Shown here: piece after piece, positions 28,037 through 38,607 of the stretch | How positions within the stretch are numbered: the stretch's first letter is position 1 | Layout: every line of letters starts with the position of its first letter | From: Bacteroidales bacterium | GTDB taxonomy: Bacteria; Bacteroidota; Bacteroidia; Bacteroidales; UBA10428 | Length of the DNA: 64,000 nt | Assembly (NCBI GenBank): GCA_041737175.1 | Contig: JBGSSF010000002.1 | Coordinates: forward strand, 10,348-74,347 | Reading direction: 5' to 3' | Made by a program: the position numbers and the translations under genes | Notes under the pieces: generated by a model | The model's input: the letters and a program-made list of their open reading frames with translations, nothing else | The model's database searches: none | Told to the model about the DNA's origin: nothing

Positions 28037-30457
28037 ATGAATCTCCACAGACCTTTCCCGAGATGGTTTTTCCTGATTCTGAGCGTGGTAGTTCTTGTTC
28101 TGGCAGGATTTGCTGATGAAGATGCCCGTTACAGGAAGATCAGGAGCGCCCTGCAGAAATTCACCTATATGTACCCCCAGCAGAAGGTATTCCTGCATAC
28201 CGACAAACCCGTATACCGGGGCGGTGAGGACATGTGGGTAAAGGCATACCTGGTAAACGGCATCAATCATATGCCTGATACACTCAGTACCAACCTGTAC
28301 GTTGAGCTGATCAGTCCCGCCAAAACCCGTGTTCAGATCAAGCGTTTTCAAATGTTCAGCGGATTCGGCATAGGTGACTTCACCCTGTCGGACACCCTGG
28401 CTGAAGGTCTTTATCAGATCAGGGCATACACTTCGTGGATGCAGAATTTTGACGCTGATTTCTACTACAGCCAGAATTTTCAGTTGCTGAATCCGGGATA
28501 CAGGAAACTGATATCGCCCAAGCAAGCCAGAATTAACAAGAAAGAACTCGACAACCTGGAAAAGCTTGAGGAAGATTTGGATATACAGTTCATGCCGGAG
28601 GGCGGTGATCTGGTAGCCGGACTTGAGAGCGTTGTAGGTTTCAAGGCGGTCAACCGGCTCGGAAAAGGAACCGACGTTGAAGGCAGGGTAGTTGATGATG
28701 CCGGGAACACGGCAGCCACTTTCAGGAGTTTCAGCAAAGGAATCGGCACCTTTTCACTGAAGCCCGAAAAAGGCAGGAAATACCACGCCGTGATACCCCT
28801 GAAGGAGAAAGAGCTGAAAGTTACACTGCCTGAGCCTCTCGAAACCGGGTTGATCATGCGTGTAACCCCTTATCCGGATAAAGCCGTTGTATCGTTGCGG
28901 ACAAACCGTCCATTCACTTCCGATCCGACCGCAAATGAGGTCATTATAACCGGACAAACCGGGGGAAACATCTATTACGGCCATATTCTGAGACTTGAAA
29001 ACGGGGAGGCCGTCGCTGAAATTCCGACAACCAGAGTTCCGGGGGGCATTATGCAAATCACGGCCTTTTCGGGAAGGAGCGAGCCCCTGGCAGAAAGGCT
29101 GGTTTTTGTGAATCACAGGAATCATATGAATATCAGGTTAACACCGACAGATACCCTTACGGAAGAAGGAAGAAAGATTTATCTCACCGTCAGCACCACC
29201 GACCTGGAGGATAAGCCTCTGCCGGCCAATCTCTCGCTTTCCATTACCCGTGAAATCATCCGGCAGCCACAGCATAACCAGGATAACATCATCAGCAACC
29301 TGCTGATTGGCTCTGACCTGAAAGGATACATTGAGGATCCGATGGATTATTTCAAAGATCATTCGCCGGAAACTTTGAAGGCACTGGATAATCTCATGCT
29401 GACCCAGGGCTGGAGAAGATTCAGCTGGAAGAGCCTGCTGGCTGATGAATACCCGAAGATCAAATACCATGAAGAAAAAGGGCTGACAGTTGTCGGGCAG
29501 ATCACCCGGGATTTTTTTGGCATACCCCTGAAGAACTGCAAAGTACAGCTGTCCATCCTGGATGCCTACAACGATGTCTTTACCCAGCAAACGGGCAACA
29601 AGGGTTATTTTATATTTGAAAACCTGGTGTATTATGATACAGTGAATGTGAAGATCGAGGCCTGGCGCCCTTCGGGGCGCAGGAATCTGCTCATTGTGCT
29701 GCCTGACGAAATCCCCGGCAAAGTAATGGAACAGCAGGGCGATTACCAGCTTACCACACAGTCAGAAAGGGATAATAAGGCTTACCGGATCGAGAGGGCC
29801 GTGGAAGCCAGGGAGGCTTACAACCAGGAACAGGAACGTTTAAAGGAAGAAGAGAGGAACCAGATCCCGAGTCTGCACGGTGACCCCGATTATGTGCTCA
29901 GGTCAGATCAGTTCCCCGAAGGAAGCAGGGATATTCTCGAAGTGATGAAAGGCAGGGTCCCGGGTGTAAACATCTCCGGCGACCAGGTCTTCATCAGGGG
30001 CATCAACTCCATCATGGGAAGCAACCAGCCCCTGTTTCTCATTGATGGTGTTCCAACGATTGATGTTGGTGCCGTAAAAGCCATTCCGGTTGAAGACATC
30101 GACCGTGTTGAGATTCTGAAAGGGCCCAGTTCCGCCATTTATGGCGTGAGGGGAGGAAACGGAGTCATTGCGATCTATACCAAAAGAGGACAATTTATGA
30201 AAAGAGGCGTGGTGGAATTCGGCATGCTGGGTTACAGCAAACCGCGCCAGTTTTACCAGCCCCGGTACCGGACTGAGGATGAGCCGGAAGACAATTATAC
30301 CCTGGTATGGGAACCTGTAATCACAACAGGCCAGAGCGGCACAGCGCGGATTGTCTTTGACAAGCCCCTGATCAACGGTGATTACCGGTTCATCATTCAG
30401 GGCATTTCCTATGAAGGGCATGTGGGATTCGGAGAAACCGTGGTCAATAACCAGTAA
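28037..30457 (+). CDS. MG2-like / TonB-dependent receptor plug domain-containing protein
   Basis: QKVFLHTDKPVY..GE, FMPEGG.LV.G, LMLTQGWRRF, PLFLIDG, ILKGPSSAIYGVRGGNGVIAIYTK. The ORF-track extension to 27719 runs through repeats. Confidence 0.8.
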   Translation: MNLHRPFPRWFFLILSVVVLVLAGFADEDARYRKIRSALQKFTYMYPQQKVFLHTDKPVYRGGEDMWVKAYLVNGINHMPDTLSTNLYVELISPAKTRVQIKRFQMFSGFGIGDFTLSDTLAEGLYQIRAYTSWMQNFDADFYYSQNFQLLNPGYRKLISPKQARINKKELDNLEKLEEDLDIQFMPEGGDLVAGLESVVGFKAVNRLGKGTDVEGRVVDDAGNTAATFRSFSKGIGTFSLKPEKGRKYHAVIPLKEKELKVTLPEPLETGLIMRVTPYPDKAVVSLRTNRPFTSDPTANEVIITGQTGGNIYYGHILRLENGEAVAEIPTTRVPGGIMQITAFSGRSEPLAERLVFVNHRNHMNIRLTPTDTLTEEGRKIYLTVSTTDLEDKPLPANLSLSITREIIRQPQHNQDNIISNLLIGSDLKGYIEDPMDYFKDHSPETLKALDNLMLTQGWRRFSWKSLLADEYPKIKYHEEKGLTVVGQITRDFFGIPLKNCKVQLSILDAYNDVFTQQTGNKGYFIFENLVYYDTVNVKIEAWRPSGRRNLLIVLPDEIPGKVMEQQGDYQLTTQSERDNKAYRIERAVEAREAYNQEQERLKEEERNQIPSLHGDPDYVLRSDQFPEGSRDILEVMKGRVPGVNISGDQVFIRGINSIMGSNQPLFLIDGVPTIDVGAVKAIPVEDIDRVEILKGPSSAIYGVRGGNGVIAIYTKRGQFMKRGVVEFGMLGYSKPRQFYQPRYRTEDEPEDNYTLVWEPVITTGQSGTARIVFDKPLINGDYRFIIQGISYEGHVGFGETVVNNQ

Positions 30458-30458
30458 A

Positions 30459-31169
30459 TCAATACCCCTGTTGTTCCGAATTGACCATAGGCACGAACCT
30501 TACCGGCAGCACACTTTTTCGGGTCATCTTACCTTTCTTCTTCACCAGCACAACCAGTTCCTGGCTGTACATCGGTCCGACGGGGATTATCATTCTGCCT
30601 CCCTCAGCGAGCTGTTCAATGAGCGGCAGGGGAATATGCGTGGGGGAGCAGGTAACAATAACCGCCTGGTAAGGAGCATGCCGGGCCCAACCCTGGTAAC
30701 CGTCGCCAACCCTCACGAAAACATTTTTATAGCCCAGGATGGTGAGCAGGTTGCCGGCCCTTTCGCCCAGGGCGGGAACTATCTCTACCGAGAACACCGA
30801 ATCGCATAACTCAGCAAGGACAGCTGCCTGGTAACCTGAACCTGTCCCTATTTCCAGCACTTTTTCACCGGGCATGATCCCAAGCGCCTCGGTCATAAAG
30901 GCCACAATATAAGGTTGTGAAATGGTCTGTCCGTATCCGATCGGCAACGGATAATCGCCATAGGCCCTGGATGCCTGTTCAGAAGGAACAAACAGATGCC
31001 TTTCCACCTTCCGCATGGCATTCAGCACCCGCGGATCTTTTATCCCCCGTGCTTCAATCTGAAGCCTGACCATCATCTGCCTTTGATCCGCGAAATCAGA
31101 GGTGGGTTGCGACCGGCCTGTGCAGCAGGCGAGGAGGAGGCAGAGGGATAGGGTGAGTGAGTGGGGCAT
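30459..31169 (-). CDS. pcm: Protein-L-isoaspartate O-methyltransferase with a possible signal/lipobox
   Basis: RHLFVP, GQTISQPY, VLEIGTGSGYQAA, GDGY.GW, VRFVPM. Confidence 0.93.
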   Translation of the reverse strand: MPHSLTLSLCLLLACCTGRSQPTSDFADQRQMMVRLQIEARGIKDPRVLNAMRKVERHLFVPSEQASRAYGDYPLPIGYGQTISQPYIVAFMTEALGIMPGEKVLEIGTGSGYQAAVLAELCDSVFSVEIVPALGERAGNLLTILGYKNVFVRVGDGYQGWARHAPYQAVIVTCSPTHIPLPLIEQLAEGGRMIIPVGPMYSQELVVLVKKKGKMTRKSVLPVRFVPMVNSEQQGY

Positions 31170-31174
31170 GGTTG

Positions 31175-31216
31175 TAGATTGAAGATTTAAGATTTAAGAT
31201 TGAAGATTAAAGATTG
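31175..31216. repeat. 7-mer AAGATT(G/T/A) x6 one-armed array
   Basis: TAGATTG AAGATTT AAGATTT AAGATTG AAGATTA AAGATTG, just upstream of pcm. Confidence 0.8.
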
Positions 31217-31396
31217 CTACACTAAAATTATCAAATCTGTAAGGTAAAATCAAGAAAAATAGGGAGATTATGCGGTTATCCTTACGGCATTGTTAATATT
31301 ATCTTGGTAAGTTCGTTACAAACTGTTTAAAAATGATTTATATTTAAATTGTTAGTAACAAAACGATTACAGGAGGTGTTTACAATCGGGATCAAA

Positions 31397-33334
31397 ATGA
31401 TGAAAACCGCTTTGTTTATATGGCTTTGTATTACCGGAATATCCCTGTCGGCGCAGACTTCTTCGAAAAATAATGAAATGAAGCTCGATGTGGATTATTA
31501 CCTGATGCTGAAGGAATATGACAAGGCACTTGACCTTTGTCTGAAAATACTTAAAACAGAGCCTGAGAACGCCGATATAAAACACTCCATTGGGATTTGT
31601 TACCTGAATTCTGAGAATGATAAGGTGAAAGCGATTCCCTATCTTGAAGAAGCGGTGCAGAAGATATCGGCGAATTACAATCCCAACTCGCTGAAAGAGG
31701 AAAACACCTCGTTTGAATCCTATTTCACGCTGGGTAGTGCCTATCGGGTGAATAATGAACTCGATAAGGCCATTGATGCCTACAATAAATTCAAGGAGTA
31801 TCTCGACAAGGGTGACGATTACAACAGGCAGGTGGCCGATCAGTATATCAGAAACTGCAACCTGGCCAAGGAGATGCAGGCGTTTCCCGTAGGATTCAAT
31901 GCTGTTAACCTGGGCGACAAGATCAACGACGCCCGGCCTAATTTCAACGCCGTGGTGTCGGCCGATGGTAAAACCCTGGCGTATACTTCTCCGGGCAAGC
32001 AAGGGTATGAGATCTGGATATCAACACATGCCGATAGCGGCTGGACGGCCTCCAAAAATATCACTACGGTCCTGGGCACAGGGAACTTTATGAAAACCTG
32101 CGACCTGTCGTCCGACGGGCTCACCATGCTGCTTGCGCTGGATGATCCTGTGAATTCGGACATTTACATAAGCCATTTCAGCAAAGGCAGGTGGTCGAAA
32201 GTTGAACCACTGGGTAAGACAATCAACAGCAATTTGCAGGAGACACATGCAAGTTTTTCACCTGACAACAATACGCTGTATTTCACAAGTAACCGGAAAG
32301 GAGGGGAGGGTGATCTGGATATTTACAAGTCGGTCATGACCTCCAAAGGGGAATGGGGTAAGCCGGTGAACCTGGGCCCCGGTGTGAATACTCCTTTTAA
32401 TGAGGAGACCCCTTTTGTTTCCGATGACGGACAGGTTTTATTCTTTAGTTCGGAAGGCCACGAGGGCATCGGCGGATATGATGTTTTCAGTTATTCCCTG
32501 GGTGTCTCAGGAGGCGCTGTGAATCTTGGTTACCCGGTAAACACCACTGACAATAATCTGTTTTACTTTCCGGTTGGAGACGGCACCTCTGCGTATTATT
32601 CCTTTGTTGGGCCGGATTCTTACGGGGGAAGGGATGTGTATGCGGTGATGTGGTTTGAGGAAGAAAGACAAAGAGAAGAGGAGATGGGGAGAGTGGGAGA
32701 AGAAGAAGCAGCAGTAGCAGTAGCAGTGGCTGTTGAAAAAATAGCAGAAGAAGAAGCAGCAGCAGCAGCGGCAGTAGCAGTTGAAGAAGAAGCAGCAGTA
32801 GCAGCGGCAGTAGCAGTAGAAGAAATAGCAGAAACTATTCCCGAACCTGCTCCTGCTCCTGCCGCTGCTCCTGCTCCTGCTGCTGCCGCTGCCCCTGCCG
32901 CTGCTCCTGCTGCCTACTCTATCCAAATCATGGCCCTGAGAAAGCCTGTTGACCTGGATCACTTTACCGGAGTGCCCGATTTGAGGGTTGTTTACAGCAG
33001 CGACCGGTGGTACAGGTATACCGTAGGAACGACAACCCGGGAACAGGAAGCCGCGATGACACTGGAAAACATGATCAGTAAAGGATATCTCGACGCTTTC
33101 ATACGAAACAGGAATCCGGATCCCCGCTATACCATTCAGATATTTGCCGTACCCGGACCGGTGGTTGATTTGTCGAAATTCAGCGATATCATGGAAATCA
33201 CTGTGAAAAAGGGAGAGGATAATTTCTGCAGGTACACCACGGGTGAATTCAGGAGTGAGGAAGAGGCTGCCGGAATGCTGGAAAGCGTCAAAAAAATGGG
33301 CTACAGCAGCGCATTTATCAGGAGCGCGGAGTAA
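31397..33334 (+). CDS. Exported TPR + PD40 beta-propeller + Ala/Pro linker + SPOR-like protein
   Basis: Signal peptide; TPR-like helices; LYFTSNRKGGEGDLDIY and NLGYPVNT PD40 motifs; two C-terminal YxIQI..RYT.G..GY.DAFI modules. Confidence 0.75.
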   Translation: MMKTALFIWLCITGISLSAQTSSKNNEMKLDVDYYLMLKEYDKALDLCLKILKTEPENADIKHSIGICYLNSENDKVKAIPYLEEAVQKISANYNPNSLKEENTSFESYFTLGSAYRVNNELDKAIDAYNKFKEYLDKGDDYNRQVADQYIRNCNLAKEMQAFPVGFNAVNLGDKINDARPNFNAVVSADGKTLAYTSPGKQGYEIWISTHADSGWTASKNITTVLGTGNFMKTCDLSSDGLTMLLALDDPVNSDIYISHFSKGRWSKVEPLGKTINSNLQETHASFSPDNNTLYFTSNRKGGEGDLDIYKSVMTSKGEWGKPVNLGPGVNTPFNEETPFVSDDGQVLFFSSEGHEGIGGYDVFSYSLGVSGGAVNLGYPVNTTDNNLFYFPVGDGTSAYYSFVGPDSYGGRDVYAVMWFEEERQREEEMGRVGEEEAAVAVAVAVEKIAEEEAAAAAAVAVEEEAAVAAAVAVEEIAETIPEPAPAPAAAPAPAAAAAPAAAPAAYSIQIMALRKPVDLDHFTGVPDLRVVYSSDRWYRYTVGTTTREQEAAMTLENMISKGYLDAFIRNRNPDPRYTIQIFAVPGPVVDLSKFSDIMEITVKKGEDNFCRYTTGEFRSEEEAAGMLESVKKMGYSSAFIRSAE

Positions 33335-33404
33335 TCTGTAAATTTATGGACTTTTTCGATCGGTGAGGTGGTATGGCTGATGTTAACAGCTTCCAATCCG
33401 ATTT

Positions 33405-33941
33405 TCAATGTATTGAGATCCCTATTCTGCATGAAAACCGGTTTAGTTTCATTTTTCTTTCATATTCACCCACCCACCAGTCTTCCAAATCGTAGTTCAG
33501 TTCGTTATAGCGGTACCCAATGGCTATCACAACTGAGGAACAGCCGTTCACCGGTATGATCAGGCCGGTTTCCAATCCGGCAAGCACACCTCCCTTTGCT
33601 TTCTGAATGCCTTCGGTACCGGGTTTCTCGAGCGAAACCGAGTATCCTCCCAGGCCGGCAAAAAAGAAAGAACACCGGTTGGCGGGTACGAACAATTTCA
33701 GATTCAGGGCCACGGGCATGAGATTTTCATTCAATTGCTCGATACCCATCATGATTCCGGGTGCCAGCGTTTTATTGAAACGGTAATTGTGTTCCATGAT
33801 GACACTCAGCGGGGCCGGATTTTTATCGGAGGAAGTTCCCGCCAGTATGCCGAAGGTTGTGAAGTTCATGTATCCGGCATTCTGGGCAGAGGATGTCAGC
33901 ATCAGCAGCAGGGCCGGGAAGAAAACAAGCAGTCTTTTCAT
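33405..33941 (-). CDS. Hypothetical exported protein, probable outer-membrane beta-barrel
   Basis: Signal peptide MKRLLVFF..., alternating beta-strand pattern. Confidence 0.55.
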   Translation of the reverse strand: MKRLLVFFPALLLMLTSSAQNAGYMNFTTFGILAGTSSDKNPAPLSVIMEHNYRFNKTLAPGIMMGIEQLNENLMPVALNLKLFVPANRCSFFFAGLGGYSVSLEKPGTEGIQKAKGGVLAGLETGLIIPVNGCSSVVIAIGYRYNELNYDLEDWWVGEYERKMKLNRFSCRIGISIH

Positions 33942-34067
33942 GGTGATGACTTTTGTAAGGGTTGCCATTGCAAGATGTTATTTCGGGATTGAAAGTTGCG
34001 TAAAAATTTTGAATACGCAACCTTTCGGCCTTTTTATCCATCCTGTAAGAAACCAAAATTAAACCAC

Positions 34068-35357
34068 ATGAAAACCTACCTGAGATTACTCATCCTGATG
34101 ATTATTCCGGTTACAATGATCTCCTGCAAGGATAAAATTGAGGAGACCTTTTTGGTGAATGAACCTGTATACCTCGCCTATGAAGATCTCCGCAGTTCCC
34201 TGAAAGTTGCGGAAGGCCAGGAAATCGTGCATCCCGGCAAGATCTATTTTAAAGACAACTACATTTTTGTGAATGAATACCAGAAAGGGATCCATGTGAT
34301 CAACAACAGCAATCCCGAAGCCCCTGAAATTGTCAGGTTTATCGAAATACCGGGGAATGTTGACCTGGCAGTGAAGGATGATATCCTTTATGCCGACAGC
34401 TACATTGACCTGGTAGCTATTGATATCAGCGATATGAACAACATTCAGGAAGTTAAACGCATAGCCGATGCGTTTCCCTATATGATCCCTGTTTGTGAAG
34501 ACGGCGTGGCGGAATTTGTGGATGAGCGTCTGGGGGTAGTCACCGGATGGAAGACCACGGAACGCGTGATGACCGCTGAAGAAGTCAATACCAACTACCG
34601 GGTATACCCGGTATGGAGGGAGGACATGGTATTTCTCAACAGTTACAGCGCCTCAGCAGGCAGCACCGGGAAAACGAACACGGGAACAGGCGGTTCACTG
34701 GCCAGGTTCACGGTATATGACAACTACCTGTATACTGTGGACAGCTATATGCTGCGACTTTTCAATATTTCCGAGTCAGATAATCCCTTGCCGGAAAAGG
34801 AATTGTATGTCGGCTGGAACATAGAGACCCTATTCCCCTATGAACAGAAACTGTTCCTGGGGAGCACCACCGGCATGTACATTTACAGTCTTTCCGATCC
34901 CTCCAATCCCGAGTATATTTCTATCTTCTGGCATGCCAGCAGCTGTGATCCCGTTGTAGTTGAAGGGAATCTTGCCTATGTTACCCTGCGGGCAGGCAAC
35001 CTGTGCGGTGATAATCTCAGCCAGCTCGATGTCATTGACATTTCGGATATCTATACTCCGAAGCTGCTGAAAGAATATCCCATGGAAGAACCATACGGAC
35101 TGGGGATCGATGACAACATTCTTTTTGTATGTGACGGAGATGCCGGACTTAAAGTGTACGATGCTACCAATCCTCTGCTGATCGACCAGAGGAAAATTGC
35201 GCAGTATGGCGATATCAACGCCTGGGATGTGATACCGGCGGGGGACGTACTGATCATGATCGGTACCGACGGATTGTACCAGTATGATTATACCGATCCG
35301 GAAGATATCAGGGAACTGAGCGTAATTCCGATAGAGAATTTAAGACATGGGTTTTAA
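34068..35357 (+). CDS. LVIVD-repeat lipoprotein
   Basis: Lipobox MISC; LVAIDISD, LDVIDISD, GTGGSLARF repeats. Confidence 0.75.
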   Translation: MKTYLRLLILMIIPVTMISCKDKIEETFLVNEPVYLAYEDLRSSLKVAEGQEIVHPGKIYFKDNYIFVNEYQKGIHVINNSNPEAPEIVRFIEIPGNVDLAVKDDILYADSYIDLVAIDISDMNNIQEVKRIADAFPYMIPVCEDGVAEFVDERLGVVTGWKTTERVMTAEEVNTNYRVYPVWREDMVFLNSYSASAGSTGKTNTGTGGSLARFTVYDNYLYTVDSYMLRLFNISESDNPLPEKELYVGWNIETLFPYEQKLFLGSTTGMYIYSLSDPSNPEYISIFWHASSCDPVVVEGNLAYVTLRAGNLCGDNLSQLDVIDISDIYTPKLLKEYPMEEPYGLGIDDNILFVCDGDAGLKVYDATNPLLIDQRKIAQYGDINAWDVIPAGDVLIMIGTDGLYQYDYTDPEDIRELSVIPIENLRHGF

Positions 35358-35364
35358 CAAGATA

Positions 35365-36342
35365 TTACAGTTGCAATAAAGCAATTTCGTTACTGAAATC
35401 AAGGAAAGGGTACATGGCGGTAAGGTGTTCGATCTGTTGAAGGGTATTGTGCTTGAATTGTTTATGGTTAGTTGATTCAGCGTGTAGTGGCCGGTGACCG
35501 GCAGCCTTCATAACGGCTGTCACATCGGCCATGATTTTTTGAGACACTTTGTCAATCCATGTTTCTGTAAACCTTTCCCAGATATACCGGCTGGCCTGTT
35601 CGGACGGATGGAGCATATCGGCGGCATAGAACCTGTAATCACGCAATTCATCCATGAATATTTCATAGGCCGGGAAGTAATGGGCACGGTCATACTTTTT
35701 CAGGATCTCATGCATGCTGTAATGGAGGATGGATTTGCTCAGCTGGTTGCTTTCCGCTCCGTCGGACCAATGTCTTACAGGGCTCAGGGTGAAGATCACC
35801 TGTATGGCGGGATTCATTTGCCGGAGCTCGTACATGGCAACATCGCAACTTTGGATGATTTCGGCGGGTTCTGCAAGCCTTGATGTAAAAGAAACCGAAG
35901 GTATCTTGTGGCAGTTGGCCACAATCAGACCTGATTCTTTCAGCTGGTAGATCCGGGAAGTGCCAAAAGTGAGCAGCAGGAAGTCAGATTGCTTCAGCCA
36001 GTCCGAGGCTGTTTTTAGCGAATCATTCATGGCGGAAAGGCATGCATCGGCGTCGGGGTGGGCAAAACCGGTATAATGGCTGAAGCTGAACCAAAGGCCG
36101 TCGTTGTAATGCAGATCATCGCTGGTAAATGCGTGTCCCGAGATCAGGCGCCGCAGGTTGTCCATCACAGAAAAAGGATTAAACAGGGTACCGAACGGAT
36201 TTAAAAGAACCGGGAATTTATGGCCGGCCATGATTTTTCCGATGGTGTCGGAGAAGCAGGAACCCATCCAAAGGCTTTTTGCCTTATAGCCCATCTTCCC
36301 CGCAGGTTCAGCAATGTCAACCCGTGTGCGGAATTTATCCAT
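35365..36342 (-). CDS. GSCFA domain-containing protein
   Basis: GSCFS, NPFG.LFNP, TLSPVRH, YFPAYE..MDELRDYRFY..DMLHP. Confidence 0.9.
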   Translation of the reverse strand: MDKFRTRVDIAEPAGKMGYKAKSLWMGSCFSDTIGKIMAGHKFPVLLNPFGTLFNPFSVMDNLRRLISGHAFTSDDLHYNDGLWFSFSHYTGFAHPDADACLSAMNDSLKTASDWLKQSDFLLLTFGTSRIYQLKESGLIVANCHKIPSVSFTSRLAEPAEIIQSCDVAMYELRQMNPAIQVIFTLSPVRHWSDGAESNQLSKSILHYSMHEILKKYDRAHYFPAYEIFMDELRDYRFYAADMLHPSEQASRYIWERFTETWIDKVSQKIMADVTAVMKAAGHRPLHAESTNHKQFKHNTLQQIEHLTAMYPFLDFSNEIALLQL

Positions 36343-36348
36343 GATCCG

Positions 36349-37191
36349 TCAGGATTTTTCTGAAAACCGGTTGTTCAGCCAATTCAACACAAAATCAAAA
36401 ACTTCCTGTTCCAGGATGTCATTGTGCAATTCATGGTAAGCGCCGGGCCATTCTTTATAGGTGGTGCGGTTCCCGGCATTCATAACAAAATTCCGGGTAA
36501 GTTTGACGGAGGTGATGCGGTCATCGGTGCCGTGCATCACCAGCAGGGGAACATTGATTTTGTAAATGCTCCGGGATGCTTTGAGGCCGGAGTCTTCTAT
36601 CTCGAAATAAAGACGGGGCAGGATGGAATTGTGCACGAGCGGATCCCTGAGATAAGCGTCCACCACTTCCCTTTTGCGGGACAGCCCTTCAGCTTCCAGC
36701 TCGGAGCGAACCAGGAGTCCCGGCAGGACATACCTCATGGTTTGCGCCATGATCTTTTTGAATACGGGTAATCCGGAAGCGAGTGAAAACCAGGGTGATG
36801 TAATCACACCTGCCTCCGGCAGCAGAACTCCGTTGATCAGGTAGTTGGCAACAATGTTGCCTCCGAGGCTGTGTCCGTAAAGGACATGCGGAACACCTTC
36901 AAACAGGTCTATTGCCTTCCGGTTCATAACCTCAACATCCTTCAGATAACTTTTAAATCCCGGGGCGTATCCTCTCCGGCCTCCGGAACGTCCATGACCC
37001 CTGAGATCAACGGCAATCACGCCATAACCGTTTTCGGTAAAGCGAGTAGCCCATTTCTCATACCTGCCGCTGTGATCCTTAAAGCCATGTACCAGGTTAA
37101 TGACTGCACGCGGTTTTCCGTCAGGTGTCCAGCTTTGGCCGAACAACGGAAGCAGATCATAGGATTCCCAGCTATATTCTCGATGCACCAT
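36349..37191 (-). CDS. Alpha/beta hydrolase (lysophospholipase-like)
   Basis: VHG..DHSGRY, DLRGHGRS, GHSLGG, HGTDD, YHELHN. Confidence 0.9.
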   Translation of the reverse strand: MVHREYSWESYDLLPLFGQSWTPDGKPRAVINLVHGFKDHSGRYEKWATRFTENGYGVIAVDLRGHGRSGGRRGYAPGFKSYLKDVEVMNRKAIDLFEGVPHVLYGHSLGGNIVANYLINGVLLPEAGVITSPWFSLASGLPVFKKIMAQTMRYVLPGLLVRSELEAEGLSRKREVVDAYLRDPLVHNSILPRLYFEIEDSGLKASRSIYKINVPLLVMHGTDDRITSVKLTRNFVMNAGNRTTYKEWPGAYHELHNDILEQEVFDFVLNWLNNRFSEKS

Positions 37192-37206
37192 GAATAGTCA
37201 GGCTAA

Positions 37207-38145
37207 TTAATTACCGGAATCCCGGTTATAGGTTTTGATGTGCCTTTCGATCTTTTCGACATACATGTCATTCAACGTCACCATAATGGCAGTTTCCTCA
37301 ACATCGCCGAACGAATAATTCATGGCCGTGCCAAAGACTTTCATGGTTGGGGAAAGGTTCATGTATGCATTGATCAGGGGAGGTATGGTTTCACCCCTGG
37401 CCCTGACATTTTGCGATAGCAGCCTGTAATCTTCCTGGTAATTGTTTCCGCAAAGGATGGATTCGATCAGTTTGATATCCGTGGCAAATTTCAGCGGTTC
37501 AAAAGGTTTTACAAGATTATCCCGGTCGGGAAAATATTTATTCATGAAATAGAGAATCAGGTCGCGGGCTGCGGTATTGAAAGTCGTATACATGGTGACT
37601 TTTCCGAAGAAGTACTTTACATCGGGATACCTCATCCATATAGCTCCCAGTCCATCCCACAGGTTGTCCATGGCATAAAGTCCCTTGCCTTTCCGGTTGG
37701 TCACCTGGTAGGATGGCTGCACAAATGATCGTCCCAGCTCAATCATATGCGGCATGTACTCTTCCCTGAATTTTTTGGAGAATCTGAACAATCTTGCCGT
37801 GGCAAGATTGCAATTGCCGTCATTATCCTCTCCCAATTCAGAGCAGGCGATATACCGGTAACCTCCAAGGATCTCCTTTTCAGCAGGGTCCCATACGATC
37901 AATTGCTTGTAAGGGTTGGGCATGGTATCATATGTGTCGATATCCACTTCCTTGCCTGTTCCTCCGCCGGCCACCCTGAAGGAGATCTCCCTGAGCCGGC
38001 CGATCTCGGTCATGATGTTCGGGGAGTCATGATGGGTTACCACATAAAGCAGGTTGTTGCCGTTGTTGGTGTTTCGCAACAGTTTCTCTTCTGTCAGTTC
38101 CGCTTCAAGGAGTTCACGATCAACCGCGGGTATGATTGGTTTCAT
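37207..38145 (-). CDS. GNAT family N-acyltransferase (hemolysin/OlsB-like)
   Basis: EIGRLREISFR..GGGTG, ILGGYR, IELGRSFV, IPPLINAY. Confidence 0.85.
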   Translation of the reverse strand: MKPIIPAVDRELLEAELTEEKLLRNTNNGNNLLYVVTHHDSPNIMTEIGRLREISFRVAGGGTGKEVDIDTYDTMPNPYKQLIVWDPAEKEILGGYRYIACSELGEDNDGNCNLATARLFRFSKKFREEYMPHMIELGRSFVQPSYQVTNRKGKGLYAMDNLWDGLGAIWMRYPDVKYFFGKVTMYTTFNTAARDLILYFMNKYFPDRDNLVKPFEPLKFATDIKLIESILCGNNYQEDYRLLSQNVRARGETIPPLINAYMNLSPTMKVFGTAMNYSFGDVEETAIMVTLNDMYVEKIERHIKTYNRDSGN

Positions 38146-38174
38146 ACGTATAAAATAAGTTCATTAAATGAAAA

Positions 38175-38555
38175 TCAGGCATTGATCATGGATGCGTAGG
38201 CTTTTGCATCCATCAGGTCGCTCACCTGGGCGGGATCATCCACTTCCATTTTGATGAGCCAGCCTGCTCCATAGGGGTCCATGTTGATCACTTCCGGTGA
38301 CGCATTGATTTTGCTGTTGATCTCCAAAACCTTGCCGGATAAGGGTATAAACAGATCAGAGACTGTTTTGACCGCCTCAATGGAGCCAAATGTGCTTCCT
38401 TTCTCAAGATGGCTGCCTAAGGTTTCAATTTCAACAAATACGATATCCCCCAGTTCCCCCTGGGCGAAATCGGTGATGCCGACAAGGGCTGTGTTGCCGT
38501 TGATCTTGATCCATTCATGATCGCTTGTGTAGTGTAAATCGGAAGGAATGTTCAT
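38175..38555 (-). CDS. gcvH: Glycine cleavage system H protein
   Basis: HEW, GITDFAQ.ELGDIVFV, EAVKTVSD, DPYG.GW. Confidence 0.96.
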   Translation of the reverse strand: MNIPSDLHYTSDHEWIKINGNTALVGITDFAQGELGDIVFVEIETLGSHLEKGSTFGSIEAVKTVSDLFIPLSGKVLEINSKINASPEVINMDPYGAGWLIKMEVDDPAQVSDLMDAKAYASMINA

Positions 38556-38561
38556 GGAGGT

Positions 38562-38596
38562 AATGGTTAATTATGAATTATGAATTGTAAATGGTT
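38562..38596. repeat. Short 7-mer array AAT(TATG/GGTT/TGTA) x5
   Basis: AATGGTT AATTATG AATTATG AATTGTA AATGGTT. Confidence 0.55.
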
Positions 38597-38607
38597 GTTC
38601 AAATTTG

